A stretch of DNA of 64,000 nucleotides from Microbotryum violaceum. Taxonomy: Eukaryota. Both the position numbers and the translations under genes were made by a program. The DNA lies in contig CDLV01000011.1 in assembly GCA_001244265.2 (NCBI GenBank), positions 930,001 to 994,000 on the forward strand, read 5' to 3'. The notes under the pieces are model-generated. The model had not been told where the DNA came from. It worked only from the letters and a program-made list of their open reading frames with translations, and searched no databases. Below are positions 12,001 through 30,270 of this stretch, piece by piece; position 1 is the stretch's first letter; the number at the start of each line of letters is the position of its first letter.

Positions 12001-13569
12001 TCAGAGACTTCCCAGGACCAAGGCGCCTTGCTGTATCCACCTTTGCAAGATCATCTTGTCCATCAACCTCGATTCGCGCCTCTTCTCGGCATCCTTGACG
12101 ACTTCTTCGGCCGGTCCTGGGGGAACGATAACTCGTCTTAACTTACCTTTCAGAGGTCTGCCCGATGAAGGATCGACAGCGATGAGGGTGAAGAAGCTTT
12201 CGCTGACCAAGCGGATCGTCGGTTTGGGTGAATTCCGATCCTCTGCCGTAGCAACGACGTACACCTCGATCGAAGAATCGAAAACCTTGATGACGCATGC
12301 GCGGATGTAAACGACTTCCCCCGGAATGACGGGCGATTTGAACGTGAGGGAATCGATGCAAGCCGAAGACCACGAAGCGGAAGGGAGGATACGACGCGCC
12401 GCGATCGCCGAGGCTTCTTCGATCCATCGCATCAGGTACCCGCCGAAGAGCACACCTTTAGAATTGACAAATTGCGCTCGTACGATCCAGAGACACATGA
12501 TCAAGGTGTCAATCATCTCGAGGGGGGGTTGCGAATCCGTGCCTTGCGATCGATCGTCGTAATAGCTGCGGAGTTGGGACGGTTGGGGTCGGGTGTTGGC
12601 CGTCGAGATGGGTTTCCCAACAGTCAATCGTCGATAGCCGCGATGACCTTTGAGCTGGCTGATTCGTTCGACTTCCTCGAGTGGCATCTTGACGGTATCC
12701 GTGAAGCCTTCGATCGCCACTACGACATCCTCACCTTGGATCTGCACCTCGGGATCCTTCCTCATCCAAGCGTCGACGATCATCTCCTTCTGCAATGCCA
12801 GTAAGACGGCCGCCGTCAGGCCCTCTGATTCGGGTATACTGATTTGTTTCGACTCTTGTTCGAGTTGAAAGACCTGGGCTCGGAACGCGGACAGGGTCGA
12901 GTCGTTCTTGGAAGTGCTTTTGATGCGGTGCGCTCGCCGTCGACCGGCCAAGAGATAACGCTTGTGTTCGGTCGACGTGAGCGGTTCGATGGGTGGGACT
13001 TGGGCTTTGATGGGTTTGGGCGGGGAGACGAGGCCTAGGGATCGGGCGATGGAGGTAATGAACGTCGGTGCTGGGGCTGGGGTAGGTTTGGCGACAAATG
13101 TCAAGTAGGCGTGACAGCAATAGGATTGGTGACCAATCGGATCGGTAGAGCGTTCCCTCATGACCCTAATCCCAATCTCCATTGAACTACCCCAAGCACG
13201 ATTGACCGCACCGGAAAGGAGGACGACATCGCCGACGAGGATCTCGGAGAGAAAGATGACTCGATCGGCCGAGATGGTGACGCAAGGTCCTCCGGCCGCT
13301 TTGGCTGCGACGACGCCGGCGGTGACGTCGATCATTTTGAGCAATTCGCCGCCGTAGACTCGACCGTGTTCGTCGCAGTAGCTTGGGTCGATCTTGACGC
13401 GGTACGAGACTGAACTAGCCGAGACGGGGTTGGGCGAGACGACTTGAGCGGGTGTTCCCTGGTCGGACAAGGCCGCCATCAAGTGGTGGCCTAGGCGTGC
13501 AAGGCAGAGAGCAGCCACGGTTGAGCCGATGACGATTGACCCTGATGGCAAGGGCATTGAGATTGCCAT
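12001..13569 (-). CDS. Acyl-CoA thioesterase with two HotDog domains
   Basis: HGRVYGGELLKMID and NSKGVLFGGYLMRWIEE motifs, SSMEIG/SSIEVY; extreme 3' end may be spliced. Confidence 0.88.
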   Translation of the reverse strand: MAISMPLPSGSIVIGSTVAALCLARLGHHLMAALSDQGTPAQVVSPNPVSASSVSYRVKIDPSYCDEHGRVYGGELLKMIDVTAGVVAAKAAGGPCVTISADRVIFLSEILVGDVVLLSGAVNRAWGSSMEIGIRVMRERSTDPIGHQSYCCHAYLTFVAKPTPAPAPTFITSIARSLGLVSPPKPIKAQVPPIEPLTSTEHKRYLLAGRRRAHRIKSTSKNDSTLSAFRAQVFQLEQESKQISIPESEGLTAAVLLALQKEMIVDAWMRKDPEVQIQGEDVVVAIEGFTDTVKMPLEEVERISQLKGHRGYRRLTVGKPISTANTRPQPSQLRSYYDDRSQGTDSQPPLEMIDTLIMCLWIVRAQFVNSKGVLFGGYLMRWIEEASAIAARRILPSASWSSACIDSLTFKSPVIPGEVVYIRACVIKVFDSSIEVYVVATAEDRNSPKPTIRLVSESFFTLIAVDPSSGRPLKGKLRRVIVPPGPAEEVVKDAEKRRESRLMDKMILQRWIQQGALVLGSL

Positions 13570-14166
13570 GATTGCGCAAGGACGCGGAAGAGATGCGGAT
13601 GGCTTCGTCGAGGCCCGAGCTCTGTAGATTGAGGCATAACAGGTTGGAGCGATCAGTTAGGGTGGGGCTCCAGTCAGAAATTAAGTGGGTCAACTGACGT
13701 TTGCTTGCCCGAGGGTGCTGATCGAAGCGATGGACGACCACACGGGTGAACAAGGCGGCAATGTCACGTGACTTGGGGCGGGGTCGAGACCAGAGCTCCA
13801 GAGCGAGCCACTGGCCGGCCAACTCTCCCCCACTCGGGCCCGGCCGCCGACGTATTCACAGACAGACAGGCTTCAAGTTTACTGCGCTGTTTTCGCATCG
13901 CCGAGTATTCTCTGCGCCACACATAATAAAGATATTTCCGATGTCGCTCGTTCTGCTTAGCCTGGGGTTTTTGCAACGCCTCATGACTGTAGTGCTTGAA
14001 ATCCGTCTATTAATGCACTGGGAGGCCCTATTACCCAAAGCTGCCTCAGATCGCCTGGCTGAAATGAATGTCAATCGGGTTCGCACTCGCACTCGCGCTC
14101 GGCCGCTCCTCCCCCTCTCCCCACTCCGCTCTCCCCACTCCGCACTGCCCACCACCCTCCACCACG

Positions 14167-15538
14167 ATGCAGTCAACATCACGACCCCTCGCCCGTCTCC
14201 TCTCCTCTCAGCTGCTCGTCTCAGTAAGAGCATCAAGACCAACAACCTCGCTCCTCCTCCGGCCCAGCGCACTTTCCCTCCACTCCTCCCAGCCACGACG
14301 ACTCGCCTCGAGCAGTAGCGATAGTGTCGATCAGGCTCGGCTGGACTTGCAGAGGAGGCAAAGCAAGATGGCTGACAAGCTGGGAAGGATGAAGCAAGAC
14401 CTGGGGCAGGTACGTTCAGTTGAGAACGGCGACGACGGGCAGTTGCTTTGTGAGCTGATTCGCAACGTGTAATTCGTTCGGGCGCCACACAACAAACAGA
14501 TGATCTCGGCTCCTATATTCGGTGAGCACCTGCTCGTCTGAATAAATATGTATCGATTACTGAATCTGACGCTCTCCCTTCACAGCGAACCACATCCCAC
14601 CTCGGAATGGTCGTCAATTCGCGAAAGGGACGCGGCTCTCGGTCAAGATGCGCTACCTGTGGCACGACACCCTCAACACAGTACAATCACTAGACGTGTA
14701 AGATACTTCCAAGGGCTCGTTGAATGTCGCCAACATCTCACCAGAAGTACCCTCGCTTTCAACAGCCGCCGCAAGCTCAAGAAAGTGCTAGGGTCGGGCT
14801 GGTACAACCATTTCCAGGACCGGTCCTTGATCGCCTACAAGATCTCGAACCAAGCCATGGCGACGTAAGCTGCAAAAGAATGACATAAAAACCAAGCGAT
14901 ACTCGAGAAACTAAAGCCTCATATCCTACCACCTCCTCCCCCCTCTCCAGTGGCAACTTTGACGCGCTAAACCCTCTCGCAACCCGAGCCGTGATCGACC
15001 AAATCAAAGCAACTCGCATTCGCTCGTTCTCCCCCCGCCTCGACCTCTCGTGGAAGTTGCACGACGTCGTCTCGCAGACGAGTGTGTGCTCGAGGCAGAT
15101 GGAGTTGTACAAGGTCGGGGAGGGGTACGCGCAGATTGCGGTGAGGTTCGTCACGATGCAGGTAAGTTTTGAATGGATGGAGATGACTTCGCTGGAAGGA
15201 GGTGAAGGAGCGGTCGAGTCGTGCACTGATTATTTGGGCTTCCTGTTGGTGGGGTCGTAGAGCTTGGAAGTGCGGGACTCGACGGGAAAGTTGATTGGGA
15301 ATGGGTCGCACGAGGCACCTCAAGAAGTGATCGAGGTCGGTCTAAGCACGACGATCTTCTCCGGAGGACCAAACACTGCGTCGGGAGCTTTCAGCTGATT
15401 GCCATTGCGCTTTGCTTCATTGATTTTCAGTACTGCGTCTTCCAAAGGGAGATGTGGCACCCCCAAAACGATTGGACCATGATCAAAAAAGGCGCCAACG
15501 AAACGGATTTGATCGCCAACCCGCCCGATCAGGCTTAA
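14167..15538 (+). CDS. Mitochondrial Tim44-domain protein (Mba1/mL45-like), multi-exon
   Basis: Arg/Ser/Leu-rich presequence; spliced exons give AQIAVRFVTMQSLEVRD...EVIEYCVFQREMW..DWTMI, a Tim44-like C-terminus. Confidence 0.7.
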
Positions 15539-15959
15539 GAGAGATGAATGGAAGCCTTGGGGAGCGGATAATGATGTAACGTGGTGATTTCAAACGTGTT
15601 TGCTTCGCATTCGCACGAGAGAGTTTCAGTGGAAGATGAGAGCTTGCGAGGCACCGAACGGCAACGAACTCCGTAGAAACAACGAGTAGACCATCGTGAC
15701 AAGGAACATCTCGCCCGTGTCTACCATGCGTGCAGTTCTCACACACACCAAGAACACCGTGCTTCTCCCAGGTGCTTCCATCCACCCCCCAAAACGACGC
15801 ATCTTTCCCCGTGTCCCTCCCTCGCCCAGTGTGTATAGGTGTTGTCGAAAGAATTGACTTGTTTTCTTCCAATATCAAAGTAGAAAGCCTCTCCCTCTCT
15901 CCTCGTACTCGTACTCGTCCTTCTACGATGACAAGAGCCTTCTCACGCAAACCACACGT

Positions 15960-16547
15960 TTATGCGGACTTCTTGGCCTTGGAGGCAGCGACCTACGAGA
16001 GAGAATGAGACGAGTAAGTGAATTGTCCTAGCCAAGTATCCCATTTCATAGGCCGTACCTGCACCAAACGACGGCGTTGCTTCTTGAGGAGCATGATCTC
16101 GAATCGGTCAAAGTCGGTCGTGTTCCTCCTCGCCTCGACGGCCTTGCGCTTCTGGGCCCATGCCGATGCCTCCCACTTGGCCAGGACGCCCGAGGCCTCG
16201 AACACCTTCTTGACGGTCGCGGTACCGGCGGCGCGGGGCAACTTCTTCAACACGAAGGGGGTCAGGACGAGGCGGCGGTAAGGGAACGATTGGCGCGGGA
16301 CACCGGTGAGGGGGCCTTCGATCAATGCCTGTGGGAGAAAGAGTGAATGTATAAGTAAAAGGGTTCTTCCCCGGGTGGGTTGGAATGCATAAAGAGAAGC
16401 GGTGCGTACTCGGTTGTGGTCAATGATCTCGACGATGGTCGCGAGCTTGCCGGCTTGCGGGCCTTCGCTGAGCAAGACGACGCGGCCGACCTCGACGTAA
16501 CGCTTGAACGTGGCGACGGAGGAAGAGGTGGACTGCTCGGCAGACAT
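15960..16547 (-). CDS. RPL14: 60S ribosomal protein L14 (eL14), 3 coding exons; probable 5' UTR intron ~16549-17028
   Basis: FKRYVEVGRVVL, KLATIVEIIDHNRALIEGP, TTDFDRF. Confidence 0.96.
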
Positions 16548-17489
16548 TCTGAGGATCAGAGAAAGAAAGGGTTTGGTCAGTTTAACGTGCAAGGTTGACT
16601 CGATGCAGTTGTGGTATATCGGTCGTGGAGTGTCACTGGTCGTGGGCTGCGTTGTCGTCGTCGTCGGCGTCGTCGGCGCATCGACTGGAACCGTGCCTCC
16701 CATAGTCCCTACTACGCTCATCACCGCCTGCGTCCACATCCTTCATCCCGTCCAAACACATCCTGCAACATTCTCTGCCACGATCCCCTCCTCTCTAGAG
16801 CGAGTAGGACCCCTCAGCCTAGGCTGGCCCGTTATTTTTCGAGCCCGGCCCAGCCCCAGCGTTGCGACCCTCTTTCGCGCGCAACACGCTTTTTGGGCCG
16901 CCAGCCCGCCAGCCCGCCAGCCCGCCAGCTCAAGCGCAGAGGCCACGGATGTCGTTCGTCCATTCCTCAAGAGTCGGCGTCGCAGGTCGAGTCCTCGAGA
17001 AACAGAAGGAGACAGAGATGATATGTACCTGATGGAAAGAAAGGGTCGGGGTGGGAGTTGATTGGTGACGTTGACAAAGAGACGGACAAGGGTGGAGAAG
17101 AGGGCCACGCCGACTAGGCGCGAACACAGCTTCGACCAGCTTGGCCTCGCTCTGCCTCTTTCTGCCTCGCTTCTCTGCTTCTCCCCAGCCAAATAATGCC
17201 CAAATAATAGGCGTCGCGCCCTGTCGCGCCCGCCCTGTCGCGCCCGTCCGACGCTGGACGAAATTGGGTCAAAATTCGCAAAAAAAAAGACTTTTTCGTC
17301 CAGTTGGCTCAGGAGAGGTCCGTGCGCGTCGGATCGGTCGAGCACACACGGGGCACGCGACAGAAGCGACCCACTAAGACTCCCCTCGAGTCACCTCACT
17401 CGTCCCGTCCTCTGTCTCTGTTGTTCACCCCTGGGATTCAGTGCGGTCCAGTCCACGACTTGATCCGGTTGGCGTGGTCAAAGAACGCC

Positions 17490-20400
17490 ATGTCGGTCCC
17501 TCCTACCCCTCAATCGCCCGTGGCAGCGCTCGCATCACCCGCACCAGGTGCCGCTTCCCCCCTCCAAGGTCAACAACCCGCAGGAGCAGCCCCCGCAGCA
17601 GGAGGAGGATTTTGGACCAAAGCGATCAGTCCCGACGGTCGACCGTTCTACAACCATTCCATCACCAAAGAATCCGTATGGGAGAAACCGTCCGAACTCA
17701 AGACCCCGGCCGAATTGGAGGCGGAGAAGACACCGTGGAAGGAATACGAAGCGAATGGCAGACCCTGTGCGTCCAGTTGAGGAATCCCTTTCCGAGACGT
17801 GCATCTCATATATTCGTTGCTTCTTCAGATTGGGTTCATGCCGAGACCAAGGAGACGACGTGGACAATCCCTGCCGTTATTCAAGGTCAGTTGCGAAAGA
17901 GCCTCCCTACCTCATCATGAAGTGGGGATCGTACGAGCTGATGACTTTGCCTTCTTTCAGACATCCTTAATCGCTATTCCACCAAGTAAGCACCTCTTGA
18001 AAAGATATTCTCCATGTCCCCCACCGTTGCTGAATCAGGTCTCTCTTCGGTCCCTCTTCGCAGCTCCCCGATCCCTCCTCTCCCCCACTCGCCTCTCCCA
18101 CCTCAACCCGCCCTCTCATCGATGAGCCCTCGACACCTGGGCAACCCCAATTTCCAACCGGGACAGATGCCCATGCGTCCACCGATGAATCAAATGTCAC
18201 CCCCTCACCCCCAAGTGTCTGGCCCTCCCCTCGTCGGAGGTGGTGCGCTCGTCGGACCAGGTGGATTCGTCCCCTCCGGTGCGAACGCCATGAGTCCTGA
18301 TCCTACCCATCGCAACAACCACCACCATAACCACAACAACCACAATAACCACAATAACCACAACAACCACAACCACAATCAGAATCACCGCGGTGATCGT
18401 CATGACGAACGAGATCGTTCCCACGATCGTTTCGGCCATGACGGGATCCCTCGATTTCGTCACTTTCACGATGCCGAGGCCGCCTTCATGGACATGTTGA
18501 GCGCGTTCAAAGTCGATGCTTCGTGGACGTGGGAACAAGTCATGAAGGAGACCATCATCGATCCTTATTACAAGGCGCTCAAGACGTTGACGGAGAGGAA
18601 GGCCGCGTTCGAAAAGTACTTGGTCAAGACCGTCGAGAGGGAAAAGGAAGAGAGGGAGGCGAGCTTGGAGAGGTGTAGGAAGGAATGGGGTAGGGTGTTG
18701 GAGAAGCTCAACGGCGGAACCATGATGGAGAATGGGGTCAAGAGTTGGTGGAGCTTTGAGAGGGCCAAGAAGGAGTTGGAGAACAAGGCGTCGGATGTTT
18801 GGGGAATGCCGAGGAACGACGAGGAGCGCAAGGCCTTGTTCAAGGAGTTTATCGAGGCGCTCAAGGAGAAGGAAGAGGTTGGTCTCTTGAGTTCGGAGTT
18901 ATACATGATAAATCCTTCTGTGGAGCCTGATTCGTTCTGATGCTGAATTCAACAGACTATGAGGAAGGAAGTGCGCACCAAGAACCTCGAGAAGCTGACC
19001 TCGATCCTGCGCTCGCTCAACCTCGAGCTTGCAGGACCTTTACGCTGGCAAGACGCGCGTTCGACGATCGTGCGCACTCCAGAATGGCACCGCGATCCCG
19101 AGCTGCAAAAGGTCGATCCGATCGATATCCTCCAGGTGTTTGAGGAGCAGGTCAAGATCGCCGAGAAGGAGGCGATTGAGGGGAGGGCCAGGCAGGTCAA
19201 TGACAAGAAGAGGAGGGCGAGGAAGGCCAGGGATGGATTCAAGGTTCGTTTTACCAAGATGCTCTAGGCTGGCCGGAGATGATACTCATTACGTTATCTT
19301 CTACTTTCATAGGAACTCTTATATGAGCTGAAGGAGTCAGGCCACATCGTTTCGGGCACGACGTGGCACTCAATCCACCCCGTCATCGAGAACGACCCGC
19401 GCTACCTCGAACTCGTTGGACAGACGGGCTCGTCGCCGCTCGAACTGTTCTGGGACCTGATCGACGAACTTGATCAAGTGATTGAGGAGCATCAGAGGAT
19501 GATTGAGACGATCCTTTCGGAACGCAAGAGCAAGATTGAGGAGCCAACGACGTATGAGCAGTTCAGGTCCATGATCGATGGCGATGAGCGCGTACACAAG
19601 ATTGATCAAGAAATCGTTCGGGTCACATATGAGAAGGTGAGCTCCAGATTTCTTTTCGTCTTTTTTTTTCTCCTGTCGTTTTTGCTATATCACACTACGC
19701 CATGCTGACTGCGCTTGGGCCTCGCCAGCTTCACACCCGCGTCGTGCGCCAGAACAAGGAGGAACGACGCAAGGCCGAGAGGAAAGTGCGCATCTTAGCC
19801 GATGATCTCAAGTATGCCTACAAGAAGCTTGATCCTCCGGTCGAACTTGGCGCAACATACGAACAGGTAAGCCATCCTCGGACGGGCGACGAGGAGTCGG
19901 GACTTGGCAGCTTGGCGGGCTAAAGTCTCTGCGTGGTCTTCCTTTTCCTTTTTTGTGACAGCTCTTGCCTCGTATTCAAAACACGCCCGAGTTCATTGCG
20001 CTCACGGACGAAGCACAGCGCAGGTTGGCGTACGAAAAGTTCATGCGTCGTCTCAAGGTCAGTGTCGTCGCTACGTCATTTTCCGACAATTGCTCGTGAG
20101 ACCCGAGCGGATCTCCCCTAAGCTGATCAAAGCGACTTTTATTTTACTTGCACGGCACCACGCGATCCAACAGGAGAAGATGCAAGAACGTGAAGGGAGT
20201 GGCGAAACGAGTCGACATGAGGGTGAACGTGCGAGGGGCGGGCATGAATCACGAGAACGCGAACGTGACCGGGAGCGTGATCATGGAAGTCGGTCGAGTC
20301 GGCACGAGCGCACGCGCCGTGAGTCGTCGGCGAGAGATACGTCAGAAGGGCCTCCTCTCCAAGCCAGCTCGACGACGACGAGGACCTTCTCGGCAAACAA

Positions 20401-20666
20401 AAGGATCGCCGGTGCCGAACATGACGGGGAGGATGCTAGAAAGGCCAAACAAGTTAAGTTGGAGAAGTCCAGTTGTGGCAAGCGAATGGATGCCGTCATG
20501 GTGAGTCCACGAAGGCAAAAGCGCTGTGTCCGCGTGCCTGATGCCCGGTGGGCCGCGGACTTTGGCGCGATACACAACACGACGCTAAAAACGAGGCGCC
20601 ACTCGATCATTTCATTTTGGTTGCCCACAGACGGAGGGAGAGGCTGAAGAGGGGGAGATTGCGTAG
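17490..20666 (+). CDS. PRP40: U1 snRNP protein Prp40 (2 WW + FF domains), multi-exon
   Basis: WW repeats (FYNHSITKESVWEKP; WKEY...ETTWTIP), FF repeats (WTWEQVM..DPYYKAL..ERKAAF; GSSPLELFWD), C-terminal EEGEI. Confidence 0.92.
18314..18388 (+). repeat. AAC/CAC/AAT triplet tract encoding a His/Asn run in PRP40
   Basis: NNHHHNHNNHNNHNNHNNHNHNQNH. Confidence 0.85.
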
Positions 20667-21541
20667 CATTTGAACCCAAAGCACAAGATGATGCAATGAG
20701 CTTGGCCCTCGGATATACGTAGCTTCTTCTGCAAGAAAAAAGGTGTGTCGTCGAGGAGAGCGGAGGCGTAAATGACGACGCCGGGAGCTCTGCCGTTTGG
20801 GGAAGGGGCCCCGCCGCCCCGTGCCCCCGTGCTGGCGCGGGCACAATAATGATTGTGCGTGACTTCGCTGCGAGGAATCTGCTAGTGAAAGATCGAAGTT
20901 GAGCGCGCCATCCAACGAAGTGCCCAGCGAAGTTAAGTACATACCTGACCAAAAGTTCCGCATGGTCATTGGCCTTCAACCCCAAGCCCCGGAGGCACCT
21001 GGGGCTTGTCAATTTTCCGACTAGCGCGCCTGGCCCCGCGAGAGTCGCGTCCGTGAGAAAAAGACGATAAGCTCAGGAGAGGGGTTTCACGTCACGCGTC
21101 ATTGATGAAGTCATCGGGCACGGCAAGGCGCGAGTATGAGAATTTGGACGCGAGTCCTTTTTCTTTCGGCGTTTTGGTTCCTGATCTTCTATTCCTTCTC
21201 TCCCCTCTCACCCCTTCCCGTCTTCTCCCCCCAGCCTTTCTTTCCTTCTCTCCTCTGCATCCGAATCACTCGAACAACCGAATATCCTACGGTGCCTCTG
21301 CCGTGCGCGCCACTGTGAGTCAAGTGCTTTCCTTGCCTCGTCAGCGTCTTCGTCCCTTCGCGACGCAGCGCGCTTTGAGCCAGAGCGCTTCCGGGCGATT
21401 TCCGAAGCATGGGCGGTGGTGATGTAATCAGGAGCGGAGGCTGCTTTTGTGCATGAGCTGACGTTGTCTTCACATGCTCGTCCTCACAATTTTCAGTAAT
21501 CATCTCCTTATAAAACAAACAACCACACCACCTGAGCTAAC

Positions 21542-21990
21542 ATGTCCACGCAGCCCCATCAATTGACCACTTCGGTTTCGAGCTCGTCAATGGTCGACTC
21601 GTCATCGCGGCTCTCGAGCAGCGCGGAGTCATCATTCAGCTCACCGCTCGACTCGCTCGCGCAAACTCTCGGTTCGGTGCTTCCTGGTCAAGACTCGTCC
21701 TCATCCGAAGACCACGATTCTGGACTCAACTCCAATGGTGACTTGGAGCCTCAACGACGATCATCTCTGGAAGAGTCGGATGATGCTCTTCGCCTATACC
21801 GCGTCGGGTGAGTCTCTCCGTTCGGGCTCTGGCTAGGCGAGAGACAACCGTTTCTGACCCCGTCATCCTTCGTCCTCGCTTTCTTTTTAGTCTTCACCAC
21901 TACACCCGAGCTCAATTTGCGGACTTTAAGAAGGAGCTCGAGACTCGTTCGAGTTTATCACGGTCCTCCGCTGTCGGCGGTCGCAAGTAA
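21542..21990 (+). CDS. Small Ser-rich hypothetical protein (~120 aa, 2 coding exons)
   Basis: GTGAGT..TAG intron ~21808-21890 joins ALRLYRV to LHHYTRAQF; probable 5' UTR intron ~21315-21496. Confidence 0.6.
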
Positions 21991-23735
21991 ATCAAGTAAA
22001 CCCAGCAGCGAATCGCGCGCCTCCTGCAGACATACACCCCTTGTTTCTCGCTTTTGGACCTCCTCTCGCGAGCATCCGTCTCCTCATCACCAAGCCTATA
22101 CTCTCATAAATCCGACCTCGGCTAGTCTGACCCCTATCCTCTAGGGTCTTTCTTCGCTGGACATGACATCATCACCCTATATCGCATTTGGTTTTTACAC
22201 ATCGTTTCCCACATCGTACATCGTTTCTTCCAAAAACGCCATAGCATAGTAAACACATACGCATGTCTTCATCTCTTGCAAGTAGTACCTTTGCCACTTT
22301 TGTGGAACGGATTCTTCCGCATTTTCTTTCTTACAAGATATGTGCAACCACAATCATCATTTTGTACTAGACCCCCTTTCGAAGCCCTATAATAATCATC
22401 CGGCGCTATTGTCGCTCGCCGAGCGTCAAGTTGTGTTGGCCAAGGCCAAGTAATATCACGAGCCGTGCTCTACTGAACGACGCCCGTGCCGATTTTTCTT
22501 GATGGAGCTGAATAGGGACATATGATTATCACCTTCTGCACTGGTTTTGAGGGCAACTTTCCCCCACGACACGGCCCCACGAAGAAATCGGCGAGACGAG
22601 CGAAAGCAAGGGGAGGCAAAGTTTGTTGAATTGCATTCTGCCTATCCTTCGAACACTTCGACTCGGACCGCCGTTTGACGGACTCGCCAGGACCCATGAA
22701 AGCCCAGCCTGAGGCGCATAGGTAAAATCCGGGAAAATCGCCGAATTTGGACCTCATTTGTCCACCATTTTTTGGAATTTTGGCCCCAAAATGTCCCCAA
22801 AATGTCCAGTCCATCTACGCGCCTCAAAAAAATAGCTCTAGAATTGCTTCAAATACTCTAAAACATCTTTCAAAATCGCGAAAACGCCGTCCGGACGTTT
22901 TTCGCTCGGGCCGAATCGGCGGAGCCCGCGCGCGCGTCAGCCGTTTCGGTTCTGCTTCGCCGAGGGCTCCCCACCTGCACTTACTGCCTGCCTCTTTGCC
23001 TATGATTTAACGTGGCCATAGTATACATGTAACGAACCACGAGAGGTAAGATCGATTGCAGTCACTCTGCGAAGCAGTAAGCTAGCTACAGTGAGATCTA
23101 CGAACCCCCAGGTTCATTGAGGGGGGTAATTGCTCCTCAACGAGCAGTGACGGCATCACTTCCAGAGCTCTAACGAAGGGACGTTGATCTTCGATGCCGA
23201 CACGCGGATAACTTCACCAACTCGTGGCTACTGAGAACAACCGAACGCATGCGCTCAGCGTGATGCATATGCCGCCAGATTCGACGTCGAAAGGCAGCCG
23301 ATAATGATAGACGGGTGGCCTTGCCTACGTGCCGCAAGGATTGCTCCACGATCTTCAACTTGTCCCTCAAAGCATCGAGCGGCCTAGCAAGGGATTCAAA
23401 CTCGAGAGGCTCGTCTGTCGACCATGAAAGCTGTTTAAGCTGAATCCGGGTGCATTGGCTGGTTTGTCAAAGCTGGAGGCGAAAAGCTCAGACACCCTCA
23501 CGTCCAAGAGGGGTGCCATTCGCTCAAAATCATCGTCAAAGAGATCGATATCCGGACCTCTACGTTTCGTCAAAGCAAGCCGTGCCTAGAATGTAGGATA
23601 TTGGCGATGATGGCACAGACGACGTCGACGCGACGTGGCGGGGAAGGCAAGAGACGCGCGCACTCAAACGTTCAAATTTTCAAACGCTTCGTTCAACTAG
23701 CCAAGAGGTTATAATTCATGAAAACCGAAGGTTAA

Positions 23736-29007
<5,272 letters not shown>

Positions 29008-30270
29008 TAAAACCTACGGGCCTAGGACCCCACCCACACCGGCGCACCATGATTTGTCCACCCCCGACTACGCGCGTTAGCGATTTTAGTCCATCTGAGG
29101 CCCCAAATTTGTCCAGTCGGGCGCTACGCGCCTCAGGCCGGGCTTTCGGGGGTCTTGACTCGCCCGCCTTTCGCCTCGGCGCCTTCGCTTCGCAGCCTAG
29201 CTCGGCGCCTTCGCCTCCGCGAGCACTCACCGCGCACCCCTGTCTCCCGAGCCTTGCTGCATGATCCTTGCACCTCGCCTCGTCCCTCGACCTATGTGCA
29301 CCGTTCGTCAACTCGTCCACATCATGGTCCGTCAGCCCGACCATTGCCTGCCCTGCTCCGCATGCCTTTGCCTCGGCGCTCCCACCTTGGCGCTTTCACC
29401 TCGGCGCCTTCGCCTCGCCCCCTGTTCCTCGAGCCGCACTACATGACATTGTGCCTAGCCTCGTCCCTTGACCCATGTGTGCCGCTCGTCAACTCGCCCA
29501 CATACTGGTCCGTCTTCCCGGCCGTTGCCTGCCTTGCTCAGCACGACTCTGCCGATTTTCGCCTCGCTGCTTTTCGCCTTCGCAGCCAAGTCGCCCCCTT
29601 GTCCACGCCAGCCTGTTCAACTCACGCTCGCGCGCCGCTCCCTCCACGTCGGGACTTAGTCAATCTACCTCTACAGCCTTACCGAGCCGATGCCTCCGCC
29701 TCGCTACAGCCAGTTTGCCGCCTCCGACCTCATGAACCTCCGGCCATGCAGATCATCGCCCCTTCATGACGTACGTTGCTTGCCACCTGGACCTCGCCGT
29801 TACGGATCGCCTCCTCCAACAACACTGGACCTTGTAAATAAGTATCTCCTCGTGTCTGTCGTCCAACACGGCACCTCTCAGAGCCCTGATGGCCGCCCAC
29901 TTGGAGTTTGGTCCTTGAAGCTTCGCAACGTGCCTGCCCAGTTTGCCTTAGAACCTCTGTGCAGGACCCCCGAGAGCCCAGCCGGAGGCGCGTGACTGGA
30001 CAAATTTTGGGCCTCAGATGGGCCAAAACCGCCAAGGCGCGTAGTCGGGGGTGGACAAATCAGGGTGCGCCGGTGCGGGTGGGGGCCTAGGCCCGTAGGT
30101 GCTAGTGGACAAATCTCGGCCGATTTCAGCTACATTCGGCTTGGTGCGGCAAAGTTTGCCGACCCTCAAGAGCGTGCGGGAGCGCGCGCGAAACACTCTG
30201 GGCTATACCGAATCAAGAACAACGGCTCTAATTGTTCAATATTTGCAATGTAACCTCTTGGCTGGTTGAA

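Noticed and set aside
13763-13772. GTCACGTGAC palindrome (bHLH E-box) between divergent genes
   Set aside because: Single short site with no supporting evidence
16549-17028. Box C/D snoRNA in the RPL14 5' intron
   Set aside because: A GTGATGA exists but the only CTGA found is the branch point, and no terminal stem or rRNA guide was seen
23019-23165. Solo LTR starting TGTAACG inside P-like copy 1
   Set aside because: No matching terminus, TSD or second copy in the window
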